DNA of 52,839 nucleotides, taken from assembly GCF_001194135.2 (NCBI RefSeq), contig NC_068984.1:118852150-118904988 (forward strand), written 5' to 3'. The position numbers and the translations under genes are program-made. Within the stretch, counting starts at the first letter, position 1; each line of letters opens with the position of its first letter. Positions 22,887 to 35,393 of this stretch are shown piece after piece. This DNA is from Octopus bimaculoides. Lineage: Eukaryota. The notes below the pieces were generated by a model. That model did no database searches. It saw only the letters and a program-made list of their open reading frames with translations, and had not been told where the DNA came from.

Positions 22887-23994
22887 CATCATCATCATCA
22901 TCATCATCGTTTAACGTCCGCTTTCCATGCTAGCATGGGTTGGACGATTTGACTGAGGACTGGTGAAACCGGATGGCAACACCAGGCTCCAGTCTGATTT
23001 GGCAGAGTTTCTACAGCTGGATGCCCTTCCTAACGCCAACCACTCAGAGAGTGTAGTGGGTGCTTTTACGTGTCACCCGCACGAAAACGGCCACGCTCGA
23101 AATGGTGTCTTTTATGTGCCACCCGCACAAGCCAGTCCAGGGGCACTGGCAACGATCTCGCTCGAAAATCCTACAGGAGCCAGTCAGGCGGTACTGGCAA
23201 CGGCCACGCTCAAAATGGTGCATCTCATGTGCCACCCGCACAAGAACCNNNNNNNNNNNNNNNNNNNNNNNNNNNNNNNNNNNNNNNNNNNNNNNNNNNN
23301 NNNNNNNNNNNNNNNNNNNNNNNNNNNNNNNNNNNNNNNNNNNNNNNNNNNNNNNNNNNNNNNNNNNNNNNNNNNNNNNNNNNNNNNNNNNNNNNNNNNN
23401 NNNNNNNNNNNNNNNNNNNNNNNNNNNNNNNNNNNNNNNNNNNNNNNNNNNNNNNNNNNNNNNNNNNNNNNNNNNNNNNNNNNNNNNNNNNNNNNNNNNN
23501 NNNNNNNNNNNNNNNNNNNNNNNNNNNNNNNNNNNNNNNNNNNNNNNNNNNNNNNNNNNNNNNNNNNNNNNNNNNNNNNNNNNNNNNNNNNNNNNNNNNN
23601 NNNNNNNNNNNNNNNNNNNNNNNNNNNNNNNNNNNNNNNNTTACTCTGAGTGAGAGTCCCTTTGTCGCCAGCAGGGGTAAGAGCTCTCTAAACTTTGCCC
23701 AGGCTATTCTTATTCTAGCAGCTACACTTTCAGCGCACCCACCCCCACTACTAACTTGGTCGCCCAGATAGCGGAAGCTATCGACTACCTCTAGTTTTTC
23801 ACCCTGGAATGAGATAGAAGTTGTTTCCTGTTTGTTTGCAGTCTTTATTGCACCTGAACATCTGCCACAAACAAAAACTAACTTGCTAGTTAACCTGCCT
23901 TTGATGTTGCTGCACCTCTTATGTGTCCATAGCTTGCACCGGGTACATCTTATAGAGGTCCATAGCTTGCACCGGGTACGTCCATAGCTTGCAC
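22887..23994 (-). mobile_element. Young 5'-truncated RTE LINE: ORF2 segment, gap, 3' UTR and (GAT)n tail
   Basis: 23957 to 23641 is stop-free: SIRCTRCKLWTHKRCSNIKGRLTSKLVFVCGRCSGAIKTANKQETTSISFQGEKLEVVDSFRYLGDQVSSGGGCAESVAARIRIAWAKFRELLPLLATKGLSLRV, with the RTE signature V..F.YLG...RI..AW..F. The link to the UTR spans a gap. Confidence 0.9.
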
Positions 23995-25416
23995 AAGTTT
24001 AAATATGTGTAAGTAAATTGTGTACAGAAACACTAAATAAAACACAAACACATGTCCATTAAAATTGCTTTTAAACTGTATCAATAGAAAATTTCTAACT
24101 TTACTTAAGGGTCCTACATTGGCATTGATTCTTTTGAGAAAGTAAACCATCTGCTGTATCACATTCACACAGGAAAAGAAAAAATAATAATAAACAGCTA
24201 AAATTAATATATAAAGCACCATTAGTTAGACATGCTGCAATATAAATGTATAAAACGTAATTATCTTACCATAGTCAATGAACAAATATCTTGTGTACAT
24301 CTGTGTGTTGGAAGCATACTCTATCACGGAGCATCAGATGCTTAAAAAGTTCATGTAGGCATTATAAGACAAACTTATTTATCTAATTAATTTCTCTCTC
24401 TCGATTGTTTTCTTTTTTCCTTTCTCTCATCTACTAGTTTGCTCATACCCTCTACATTAATAAAATTTTGCTTTTTATTAATTAAAAAGCATTTATTTTC
24501 TTCCCCAACTCCACTTTAAATTCCACTTGTTCATTATTCTTCCTATATTAATAATTGTTCTTCCTTTTACTTCCCTTTTTCCTTTTTAGTTTAATTTTCC
24601 AATTTCTACACTTCCTAATATAACTGTCTCAATCCAAGTTATTTCCTGATTCCAGTTTGTTATCAACATTGTTTAAAGACCACATTTCCTGAGCTATGAT
24701 TTAAAAACAGGATTAGAAACAGTTTCATATGACAAGATTTTATCAGCTGTAGATTTTAAATTGAACTTTTGCTGTGGTTGGATATAAAGTCTCTCTCAGT
24801 CTACTATGGAATGTTGCATACCATTATATAACGTGTGGCATGTTAACTTGTGGAAATGATACAAGAAGCAAACTTTAAACTGATAGTGAGACTTTATACC
24901 TCTGCCAAATTATACAGTGGACCAAATAACACATCACAGATTCTGTTAGTTCATCCATTATTAGGATAATATCAAGACGCATGCTCTGGGAAAATCTCTC
25001 ACCTCACTACCCATAATGATTTTACAAACCCAGACAAAAAAGGGCTCACAGCGATGGTTCAGATTAATTGTTTGAAGATGTATTATGCGCAATGTTATTG
25101 GATTCAAAATCCATATCCCGTGCAGTACTCAACCAATAAAAATACAAGATTCAACCAAATGTTCCAAACTCATATGATAGGTCAAACAACCAATCACTAA
25201 AGATGTGAACGTGGAGCCTATTTATGGCTAATCGAACATAAAATGTCAGAACAGAAATGATTCAGGCTACAATACATTTATTTTATTTTATTCATTCATG
25301 TTGTAGGAGAACACTGGTTATTTGGTATACCTACACAAATGTGCCTTCATCTTCAATTTTGCTTCCTCATAATTTTTCGAAAAATGGATGTTTCTCAGTG
25401 AAATTTTCTATAATTG

Positions 25417-25515
25417 GCATGGCTGTGTGGTCCTGCTGCATGGCACCTATAGCCCCAGGTTGAACAAAAGTCTTGTGAATGGATTTGGTAAACAAAAACT
25501 GAGAGAAGCCTGTCA
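25417..25515 (+). mobile_element. SINE family A head, deleted and diverged
   Basis: ggcatggctgtgtgg...ctatagccccaggttgaacaaaagtcttgtgaatggatttggta. Confidence 0.7.
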
Positions 25516-26863
25516 TATTGTGTGTGTGTGTGTGTGTGTAAAGGTGTGTAACTGTAGTAAAGGTAGTGTGTTTCAACAAAAATACGGTGACAAAAATCTT
25601 AAAGTGATCTAAATTAAAACCTTCCTTCAAAATTTCCCGTTAACTTATGTTCCAAACACCAGCTTTATAATGACAAAGTTATTTCACTAAATTTGTAGTT
25701 ATTTTCAAAATTAATTGAAACAAAGGCAATGTATGGTAACAAAAGGCTTAATGTTTCTAAACAGATACTACAGATAAAAATGTACTAAGAGTCTTCTTTA
25801 CCTATAGAGTACCATAAGTGAAGCTTGTTTTCTAAAGTAAAGTTTATATTTACATGCATATTTTTCCATTGACCATTCCTTTGTTTTTACTATGTTTTCT
25901 GAGTCTGATCAATGTTATGTCCAAAAACTCATGTTGAAACATCAGTTAGATTTCATCATTTCCCCTCCTCACATCTTTTTATTTATTTATTTTGATACAG
26001 CTCTATAGATTATGCAAATGTGTTTTTGTTTGTGTATGTGCGTGTGTGTGTTATTCCATTTGGCAATCAATATTATGAAGGTAGGGAGTTAACAAATTTG
26101 ATTTCTTTTGTTTGCATTTCCACCCTTTATATTAATGGAATATTGCCAATGAATTTTGAAAAGCATTTTTGTTTTGTTTGTTTCTTTCTTTGTTACCATC
26201 ATCATTTGTGTGTATGCATCCTTCCTTTCATAATATACTGGACAGAATCCAATTTGAAGCTGCCCATTTTACCAGACACAATAACTTGTGAGCAATTTAT
26301 GAAGTAACCTATATTTTTCAAATTGTCAGGCCAAAACAAAAACCAAAAAATCTGTATTTGTTTTGCTTTGTTTTTATTCTTCTATGAATACATTTTCATT
26401 TTAAAGAGCCTTTTATAGCAGGTTTCTAATCTGTAATTAAGTCTTAATGAAAAAAATCACACCTAAGATTTAAAAACCAGTCAAAACACCTTGTTTCTTT
26501 TTTTATTATTATTATTTTCCTTTTTTGCACGTCTTCTTTTATTATCTGAAAGTTGTCCATTGTATTGAACAATAATAAACATTACACACATCAATATATA
26601 ACTAATGTTAACCGAGTGGTTAACATTGTAGTCATTGTAGTCTAGAGATAAACTGAGTTCAGTTACGCGATCATTTCACTTCAATTATCCATTTATGGTC
26701 TGCAGAAAAGTCATGTCGTTCCCTTGCCTTGATAACTGTGATCTTCATGAAGAATATCAAAATATTTACTTACCTGTATTTACCTGTTGTTCTATAAAAA
26801 TATGCAGTCAAGAAGAAAGTACACAAGGTCACATTAATGGCATGTTGACATGGATTAAATTAA

Positions 26864-27320
26864 CCCTTTTGATATGATATCAACTAAATTGAGCTCCTGT
26901 TCCATGATACAAAGGTTTTGAAGTGATCCGATTCAAAACTTCCCTCAGAATTTCATGTTAATTTGTGTTTCAATCACTTGCTAAATAATGAGACATTTTG
27001 CTAAATTCTTCATTATTTTCAAAATTAATTGGAACAAAGTTAGCATATTTCAACCGAAGGATGCTAAGGAAAGGGAATTATCCCTTTTGATACTAATCCA
27101 TTTAAAACCATCCTTGGTTCTATAACACAAACTTCCAGTCTAAAGATGATTTAAATTAAGAACTTCTATCAAAATTCTATGTTAATTTCTGTTCCCAACA
27201 CCATCTTAATAAAAACACCATCTTAATAAAAACAGTCATTCTTTACTAAATTCTCCATTATTTTCAAAATTAATTGAAACAAAGGCAATGCATTTCAACA
27301 AAAAAATGGCAGCGAAAGTG
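26864..27320 (-). mobile_element. Two head-to-tail copies of the TTAA-type non-autonomous element
   Basis: Units start ccctttt gata at 26864 and ~27082. Both contain ttattttcaaaattaattg.aacaaag..a..tttcaac. Confidence 0.65.
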
Positions 27321-27374
27321 AGTGTTTAAAGAAACAAATAATAATTATTTTATAGCAGAGACTCCATCTAAGAA

Positions 27375-27410
27375 GATCTGAAGAAGGAATTGTAATTCTG
27401 AAATATCATC
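27375..27410 (+). ncRNA. Minimal type-I hammerhead ribozyme motif
   Basis: Stem I GAU/AUC, core CUGAAGA, an extra A, stem II GGAAU-UGUA-AUUCU, GAA, palindromic AUAU in place of stem III, then C at the cleavage position. Confidence 0.5.
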
Positions 27411-28247
27411 GGACTATAGATAACCAAATTACAACAAGTATATAGTCCATTTTTTGTTTTATAGTGCATTGTTGTACCATTCTAAACATTTTATTTTTAA
27501 TAATAATTATATTTCTGAAACTGAAACAAAACTAATGGTAGGTGGAGTGGCTGTGTGTGTGGGGTTACATGAATCACTTCTTTTTTTTTGATGGGGAAAA
27601 AATAAAAGAAGTTTTGACTTCTTTTCTCAGAACCACTGGCAGGCAAGTGAAACATTGGCAACGTTTTAACTCTGATATGTGAAGCATCATGCTAAATAAT
27701 ATATTAGCTGCACCAATTCTACTGACTTCAATAAGTGAGAAATGAGCCAATGAGGAAGCTTTAATATGAATGGTCAATCTCTAAGGAATAGCAGCCAAAT
27801 ACCCTTTTCTCCAAATTATATAGAGTTGTCTCATAAAAAGATGGTCGCATCAGAATACTTATTTATTCATTTATTTATTTATTGATTGATTGATTGACTT
27901 GTCTGGGGGAAAAAATCTGTGTCCATGATCTTTACAGGTCATCTGTGACTGAAATATAGGTTTGTGTCTGTACTATGTCTGGTAAAAAGAAGGATGGTCA
28001 CTGATGGAACACCTTTGATCATAAGCCTGCAGGATCAAAGCTGACCTAGGGCTAAACAAAAATCTAATATTTTACTTTAAAATGTCAACCTGTTGGAATC
28101 TAAAATATGCACAAAGATCAGATTTATAAAAGAGTGAAAATGGAAAAATATGGCATTCTTGCTCTCCCTTAGTAAAATTACAGTAATAGTAAAGTAAAAC
28201 GAAACTGAAACTAGATGTCACACTAGCTTATTGGAGGCTTACTTCTT

Positions 28248-28800
28248 TGTCATCGTCGTCGTCATCATCATCATCACCATCGTCTATTAATGCCCATTTT
28301 CCATGCTGGCATCGGTTGGATGGCTTGATAGGATTTGGCAAAGCCAGCGGTCACACCAGGTTCCATAGTCTGTTTTGGGTTGGTTTCTACAACTGGATGC
28401 CCTTCGTAATACCAACCATTTTACAGAGTGTACTGAATGCTTTTTACATGACACCAACATGCACACCAATGCTTTTTACATGGCACCTTGGTTTTAGGAA
28501 ATCAATTCTTTTGTGGTGGGTGGGTCTTCTCGAGTACATCAACGTGCCACATATCTCGGTCCTCTGTCATCTCCTTTGTAAGGCTCAGTGTCTTGATATT
28601 ATTTTTCAATATTTCATCCCATGTCTTCCTGGGTCTCTCTCTCTTTCACAACTTCCCTCCACTTTAAGTGAGCATCTCTACTTGCAACAAAATACTGATA
28701 TCATCTGCAAGGCTTCTGAGATAGAAAATTTAGAAAATTCAGAAAGAAACTTAGTAAAACTGCCATCAGGCCCTGCTAAGTTGAAAAGACCTCTTAACCC
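28248..28800 (-). mobile_element. RTE LINE 3' end (ORF2 C-terminus, 3' UTR and (GAT)n tail), older subfamily
   Basis: The minus strand gives RCSLKVEGSCER..RPRKTWDEILKNNIKTLSLTKEMTEDRDMWHVDVLEKT, contiguous with a UTR ending ccaaccgatgccagcatggaaaatggg...(gat)n. Confidence 0.8.
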
Positions 28801-28816
28801 TGTCATGCTGTATTCC

Positions 28817-29045
28817 CTCTTTCTTTTACTTGTTTCAGTTATTTCACTGTGGCCATGCTGGAACACTGCCTTTAGTCGAACAAATCAATCCCAGGACTTA
28901 TTTTTTGTAAGCCTAGTACTTATTCTATTGGTCTCTTTTGCCAAACTGCTAAGTTGTGGGGATGTAAACACACCAAGATCAGTCGTCAAGCAATGGTGGG
29001 GGTGGGGGGACAAGAACAGATACACACTCAAATACACACATTGCA

Positions 29046-29084
<39 letters not shown>

Positions 29085-29662
29085 CGGGCTTCTTTCAGCT
29101 TCCATCTACCAAATCCACACACAACGGGCTTCTTTCAGTTTCTGTCTACCAAATCCACTCACAAGGTTTTGGTCGGCCCAAGGCTATANNNNNNNNNNNN
29201 NNNNNNNNNNNNNNNNNNNNNNNNNNNNNNNNNNNNNNNNNNNNNNNNNNNNNNNNTGCAGTGGGACTGAACCCAGAACCATGTGGCTGGTAAGCAAGCT
29301 ATTTTATTTCATTAGATTGGCCATTAAGGCCTTACAAAGAGGGGACAAACAAGGACAGACAAATGTAAAGTAGCTGCAGGCTGGACATGGACATTAATGA
29401 GATGAGGATGATAACAAAAGGTGAATAAAAATGAGAGAGGCACCGACGCCCGCCGATCGATAACCCCTCGAAAACATTGTTCAATACAAATCCAATAAAA
29501 GTCAAAAATTCAATGGCAGTTCAATAAAGTTCAATAAAAGTTCCTTTTAAAGATCTAATCTTCCTCATCCGGGCCTCCAAGCAATTGTCCCGTCGCCATC
29601 AGGAGATCTCGCAGGGCACGCCCAAAAGAAAGCTACTTACCACACAGCCACTCCTGTGCCTA
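28817..29662 (-). mobile_element. SINE family A full copy with a nested LINE fragment in its head
   Basis: Tail 28817-29020, (CA)n, then head 29084-29300 and 29630-29662. There is also a ~38-bp internal tandem duplication near 29081-29158. Confidence 0.88.
29301..29629 (-). mobile_element. 5'-truncated LINE 3' end (329 bp) with a 5-bp TSD
   Basis: The TSD aagct is at 29296-29300 and 29630-29634. The minus strand starts with a possible ORF end, GRALRDLLMATGQLLGGPDEED*, and finishes ...gtttgtcccctctttgtaaggccttaatggccaatctaatgaaataaaat. Confidence 0.78.
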
Positions 29663-30327
29663 TGTGAATTTGTAATCTGGATATAGAAGCTGGAGGTTTT
29701 GAAGCAGTTGTCCCTAGTTATCCTCTTTTTCGTTGATTTTCAAAGAGATATTCACATCAGCGGGACAGCTGATCTCTATGGTGGTACATACTTATACTTG
29801 TATGTATGTATGTATGTACATACATATGTATGTACATATGTATGTACATATGTATGTATTAGATTTGTTTATGGGAAATGTTTTGAATATGCAAATAAAG
29901 TTCCAGTTCTATTATGCCAGTCACGGTCTAATGATGCAGACTGGTGAACCAGTTTTTTGGGGGTTGCATCAAGTTGTACCGATATAATGTAAGATAAATA
30001 TGATAATAATAATAACAATAACCCTTGGATGGAATTTATAAAAATTTAATGCATTGTTATATGTATTTCCACAAATCACATGTCTCTTAAGATCACACTC
30101 CATATTCCTTGGATGATTACAATGCAGTCCATAGAATCCATGGGCATCAGATTGAACATCTTGATGGATTCATTTCCTCAAGTATGTATGCATTTATGCA
30201 TGTATGTGTGTATGTATGTGTGTGTGGGAGGGGCATGCAATGTATGTATCAACAATGTATGTATATGGTGGTTCACAGAGATCATACCTCACAAAGTGAT
30301 CCAATCAATCCAATGGAACTTACAACT

Positions 30328-30403
30328 TTTGTCTGTCACCTATGCTCCAAACTACACAGATCTACAGAGGGGACTGAATAGTCATCTGAGAGGTCATGGA
30401 CGG
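30328..30403 (+). pseudogene. Frameshifted single C2H2 zinc-finger relic, probably the C-terminus of a LINE ORF2
   Basis: Removing one G from the G-run at 30369-30372 gives FVCHLCSKLHRSTEGLNSHLRGHGR (C-x2-C-x12-H-x3-H). Confidence 0.5.
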
Positions 30404-30644
30404 AACGTCAGAAATGCCACTGACAAAGCAGAAGCTCAGAGAGATCATACTCATTTGTAAAGAGAGAGCAACTACCATAATTGTATGTATGTACTATGTA
30501 TGTATGCATGTATGTATGTACGTATGTATGTACGTATGTATGTATGTATGTATGTATGTATGTATGCATGTATGTATATATGTATGTATATGTGTGTATA
30601 TATATGTGTATGTGTGTGTATGTATGTATAAATGTAAGTATGTT

Positions 30645-31070
30645 ATTATTCAGCTTTATTTCAAGATTTCTTGGCAATAGAGAATGAGCTGGTTTCTAAC
30701 CTAGCTCTAAAAGTTTGAAATTTCAACAATATCAACAGGGTTTTTGTGTCTGTATGTGTGTTTTGGTGCAGTATTTGGAGCCCTTGGATGTGTAGGTTTG
30801 TGATTTGTTCTATGTAAGTATTCTCATATATTTAGTTGTATGTCTAGATATGCGTACATATACTCAAATGCTAAACTTCTGGAAAGTTTTACAAATCTTT
30901 GCAATATTGTTGATGGCTTGAATCTGCAGTCTTCAAATTAGCTTTCTCCTTTCTGGTTTTGAGAGCCCAAATTTCTCAAGATTGATGCCTAGGTAATTTA
31001 TTCCATATTCTAGTGCCCCAATAATTACAGGTATAAACCTGAATTTGTAATCCAGGTAGAGTTAAGTGAG
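30645..31070 (-). mobile_element. R4/Dong-like (restriction-like endonuclease) non-LTR element 3' end
   Basis: The minus strand reads LYLDYKFRFIPVIIGALEYGINYLGINLEKFGLSKPERRKLI*RLQIQAINNIAKICKTFQKFSI*, including the P(I/V)IIGALG-type motif, then a UTR ending in (AAT)-rich sequence. The clade assignment is from memory. Confidence 0.65.
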
Positions 31071-31084
31071 AAACAAGTTAAAGT

Positions 31085-31330
31085 TATCTCCTTGAGTCAT
31101 GCTGACTCATAAGAGCCAGTTTCTCGGTTTCCATGGTTTATAAATTCCCCACCTGGATAGGATGCTCGTCCGTCGCAGGATTACTCATTTTTGCCAGCTG
31201 AGTGGGCTGGAACAAATGTAAAATGAAGTGTTTTGCTCAAGAACATAATGCAATGCCTGGTCCAGGAATCGAAACTACAATCATACAGTCATGAGTTCAA
31301 CACCCTAACCACTAATCCATGTGTCTCCAC
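31085..31330 (-). mobile_element. SINE with a family C head and a different tail
   Basis: It shares tttttgccagctgagtgg.ctgga...gtttt.gctcaaga.ca.aa....ccctaaccacta with 2420-2558, but the distal part differs. Confidence 0.75.
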
Positions 31331-31994
31331 ATCCAAGTAGAGTAACTGTAAGTTTCTCAATAGTTCAGCATAGGTGTTTTCTTTTTCACTGATCGTTAGC
31401 TTTATGTTGACATCTGCTGGGCAGCTGATTTCCACTACTGTACATAGTTTATCTTCATTGTCCCAAATCACTACATATATATGTATATATATATATATAT
31501 ATGCGTGCATGCGTGTGAGTGTGGTGTGTGTATGTAAGCATGTGTGTCTGTATGTGTGCATGTTTGTGCATGTGTGTGGAAAATTGTATTTGTTCTCATT
31601 TACAAGTGTTCAATGACTGTAAACAAACTACAGCTTCATTATCAATACAGCGACAGCTTCATTGTGAATCATGAAAGCTTGTCCAGGCTTCTTGACATGT
31701 TGTATGATCCTTGCAAACAAATAAGTTCATTCAAATCAGTTGTTTTGTGTTCCAATTCTCCATGTACACATATCCAGACTGTTTGTTATTTAATAGACCT
31801 GGGAATTATTACTTCACTTGGTAACAAGTAGGGGTTGGCAACAAGAAGGGCACTCAGTTGTCCTAATATATTTTTGTCTTGCCAATACAAGCATGGTAAA
31901 ATAGATGTTAAAAACAACAACATGTCTTTTGTTTCCATTTAATTGTGTAACTATGTCCAGGTGTGTTCATTGTTTTGACAGACAAAGGAAAATA

Positions 31995-32300
31995 TTGGTT
32001 TCAAATTTTGGCACAAGGTCGGCAATTTTAGCGGGAGGGGGAGAGTCGATTACATCGACCACCAGTGCACAATTGGTACTTATATTATTGACCCCAAAAG
32101 GATGACAGGTAAATTTGGTGGAATTTGAACTCAAAATGTAGCGACGGGCAAAAGAGAAATATTAACCTTGCTTGGAAACAGGTGAATGTTGATAATAGGA
32201 AGGGCATCTGCCCAGAAAAAATTTGTCTCAGCTCCATCTGACCCATACAGGTATGGAAAAGCAAGTATTATGATGATGATGATGATGATGATGATGATGT
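31995..32300. mobile_element. Diverged family B SINE (-) followed by a cttggaaacaggtg...ggaagggcat... element with a (GAT)n tail (+)
   Basis: Homologous to 3120-3220, and to 9110-9200, 31825-31920, 39660-39800 and 52185-52330. Confidence 0.65.
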
Positions 32301-32727
32301 TGTTGGCAACGATGATGATTGATGATTGATAATGATGATGACGACAATGATGATGACGACAATGATGATGACGATGAATATATTGTTTTAGTAGATAGGT
32401 GAAAGACTTCAGTTCTCAATAACATATATTGATGATATGTTGTTAGCTTAAATAAGTATAAAACTTTTAAGTTATGACAATATATATTGATGATACATTG
32501 ATATCTTATTAAGTACGCGACAATATATTGATTTCCTTTTTTTTTTCTTAGAGACGCACAATATATCAGATCTAAAGATGAGAGCAAATATGAACATGTA
32601 ATATTTGTGTAGTTTGTGATTATTTATATATTATGCCATTGAAAGGAAGTAGTTACGATTGGGGCTTGGATTTCATAACAAACATGGCTTGTGAAGAACT
32701 TATTTCCACAGCACTAATACAGGTACA

Positions 32728-33350
32728 GATGTGGCAGTATGGTTAAAAAGCATGCTCCCCAACCACACGGTTTCAGGTTCATTCCCACTACATGGTACAT
32801 TTGAGCAAGTGTCTCCTACTGTATCCCTAGACTGGCCTAAGCTAATTTTGGGGACTTTTATTCTTGGTAGACAGAATCTGAAAGAAGCCTGTTGTGTGTA
32901 TATAGATGAGAGGCAGCTGAAAAGTTCCTTGCTTTGGGTAAAAGAAAATACAGGTGGATCAGATAATTACGATTTTTATTCAATGCATTCTCCTCTCAGA
33001 TTCATACACTTATTGCAGCAGTCCTTCAGTTTTTCTAAACTCTGTAAAAGAACTTGGAAGGTTGGGCTTCCAACTATGTGCATGCATGTGAGTGTGTGTA
33101 AATATATACATATACATATATGTGTGTGTGTGTGTGTACTCTTTTATTCTTTTTATTATTTTATTTGTTTCAGTCATTTGACTGAAGCCATGCTGGAGCA
33201 CCATCTTTTAGTCAAAGAAATCGACCCCAGGCCTTATTCTTTGTAAGCCTGGTACTTATTTGATCAGTCTCTTTTGCTGAACAGTTAAGTTCACAGCATC
33301 GGTTATCAAGCAATGGTAGTGGGGACAAGCACACATGCAAAGACACACAC
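32728..33350. mobile_element. Cluster: SINE A head (+, 32728-32900), mariner-type MITE half (32916-33075) and SINE A tail (-, 33139-33350)
   Basis: Each part is homologous to other copies in the window (20960, 50951 and 22164). Confidence 0.75.
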
Positions 33351-34421
33351 ATAAACATATGACCAACAAGGTTATTCAGATGTTACACATCGCTGGTCAC
33401 AATGCACTTTGCATTGTTTTAATCTTAAAAAGATACCAGCCAACTGGCTAGATGAGCAGGCCAACATTACTCCCTGATTGAAAGGAGGAGTAGAGCAACA
33501 TGAAATGAAATGTTTTGCTTGAGAATACTATGTGCCGTTTGGTCAAGTAATCAAACCCACGATCTAGTAATCATAAGTGCAACACTAACTACTTGGCCAA
33601 GCACCTTCACATAGCCACACACATGCACACACCCGAGAACAAGTAGGTTCCTTTGGTATGTTTCACACCCAAGAAAAGCTCATAATGGACCCAGGCCAGA
33701 TGTGAAAAATAGGCTCCATTTAAAGTAGAACATTAAGTGTTACAGTTATCAGTACTAACTATGTGCGTGATTTATGTATAAAGATGATAAGTCTACACAT
33801 GTACATGTATACACCTGCAAGTAACAGAACACAAGAGTGGAAATGAAACAACATATTTGAAAGATACCAAAGGGTATCATCTTAACAGTGGTATAGGTAG
33901 AGATTGTGCCACCAGGGGCAACCCATGAGTTTGCTTCCCTCCTCCCATCTCCCTGAGTCTCCAACCCTGCACAAGCTTATACAGTTGACTCATAAATGCT
34001 GCCCCCCATCAAAGCATCATCCAAGATGGACTGCTTCATCTTGCCCCACCCAGCTACCATATTGCCTCTTTGCCTCTAATAGAAATACATCTCTCAAAAT
34101 GTTAGAGCCATACCTACAGGCTCATCTGCCCTCACTTACATATAATCTACATGCTTCTATATAGTTTCCATCACTGAAATTTCTCTCACAGACGTTTGGT
34201 TGACTCTGAGCTATTGTAGAAGTCTCTTGGTTAGGGGGTGACGCAGAGTGATCAAACATGAAACCATGTACAGTGAGCTTGTTAACTGGACAGTTGATAA
34301 CCACCATAGTATGTATTCAATCAATTAATCTAATGCGAAACAAATTATATTCAAACTCAACTAGCATTACAAGTTTAACTTCATAAATAATACTATGACA
34401 TATGCAAGACAAAGAGAAAAG

Positions 34422-34477
<56 letters not shown>

Positions 34478-34494
34478 ATATATGTATATATATA

Positions 34495-34528
<34 letters not shown>

Positions 34529-35393
34529 CATACATACATATACATATGTATGTATGTATGTATATAGGTGTGTGTGTGTGTGTGTGTGTAGAAACACCTA
34601 CATTTCTAGGAATAAAAGCTAAGATGCTCTAATGCTGTAGTCAAACCACATATTCAATCTGTGGTTTCAGGCGATTATAGTCTCCCTGTCGGTATATATA
34701 TGCATACAATTATGTGCTTTGACTACAGTATCAAAGTTCGGGCCAACTATCCCTTATTTTTTTTTATCTGGGTGCAATTCATCAAGGAACACATATTATA
34801 TATCATTTTCATAGGTATAGTGGGACATGAAAGAAATTTGGCTGTTTCTTCTAGTAAGTCGAGTATGTATGTTTGTATGCATGTATGTGTGAGGGGAGTA
34901 CATATGTGTGTGTGTATATGCATGGATGTATGCATACATCGATGGATGTGTGTGTGTGTGTGTATGTGTGTGTGTGTGCCTGCGTGCGTGCGTGCGTGCG
35001 CGCGTGTATGCAATTAAGTCTGAAATTATGTCTTGAAATCTTCTTTTCTTCCATGCAGCTTTAATATTTTTAGCAAAGCATATAAGGAGAGAGTAAAGCA
35101 TGAATGTTCAATTAGCGGTTGAATATATTTCCCGGGTTGTTATTATTTTCTAAAATTAGCTTTCTAAATTCTTCTAAATAACTATATATTTTATTTCTTG
35201 ACAGTTTCTGTTGAAATAAAGCAACAAAGTAACTGCATAAGATCAGAACTGAGAATTAAGAAGTCGATCTTTTATATAGTCCAAGGGAACTAACTCATGT
35301 ATAAAAAGTTATTCTTATCTCCCTTGCATTCTGTCCTTTTTTTTGTGAGTGTGTGTGTGTACGCGTGCGTTTTTATAATGTATAGAAGATATA

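Noticed and set aside
28247-29293. 348-aa ORF, the longest in the track
   Set aside because: It runs antisense through an RTE tail, a SINE, (CA)n and an N gap. It is a chimeric chance frame.
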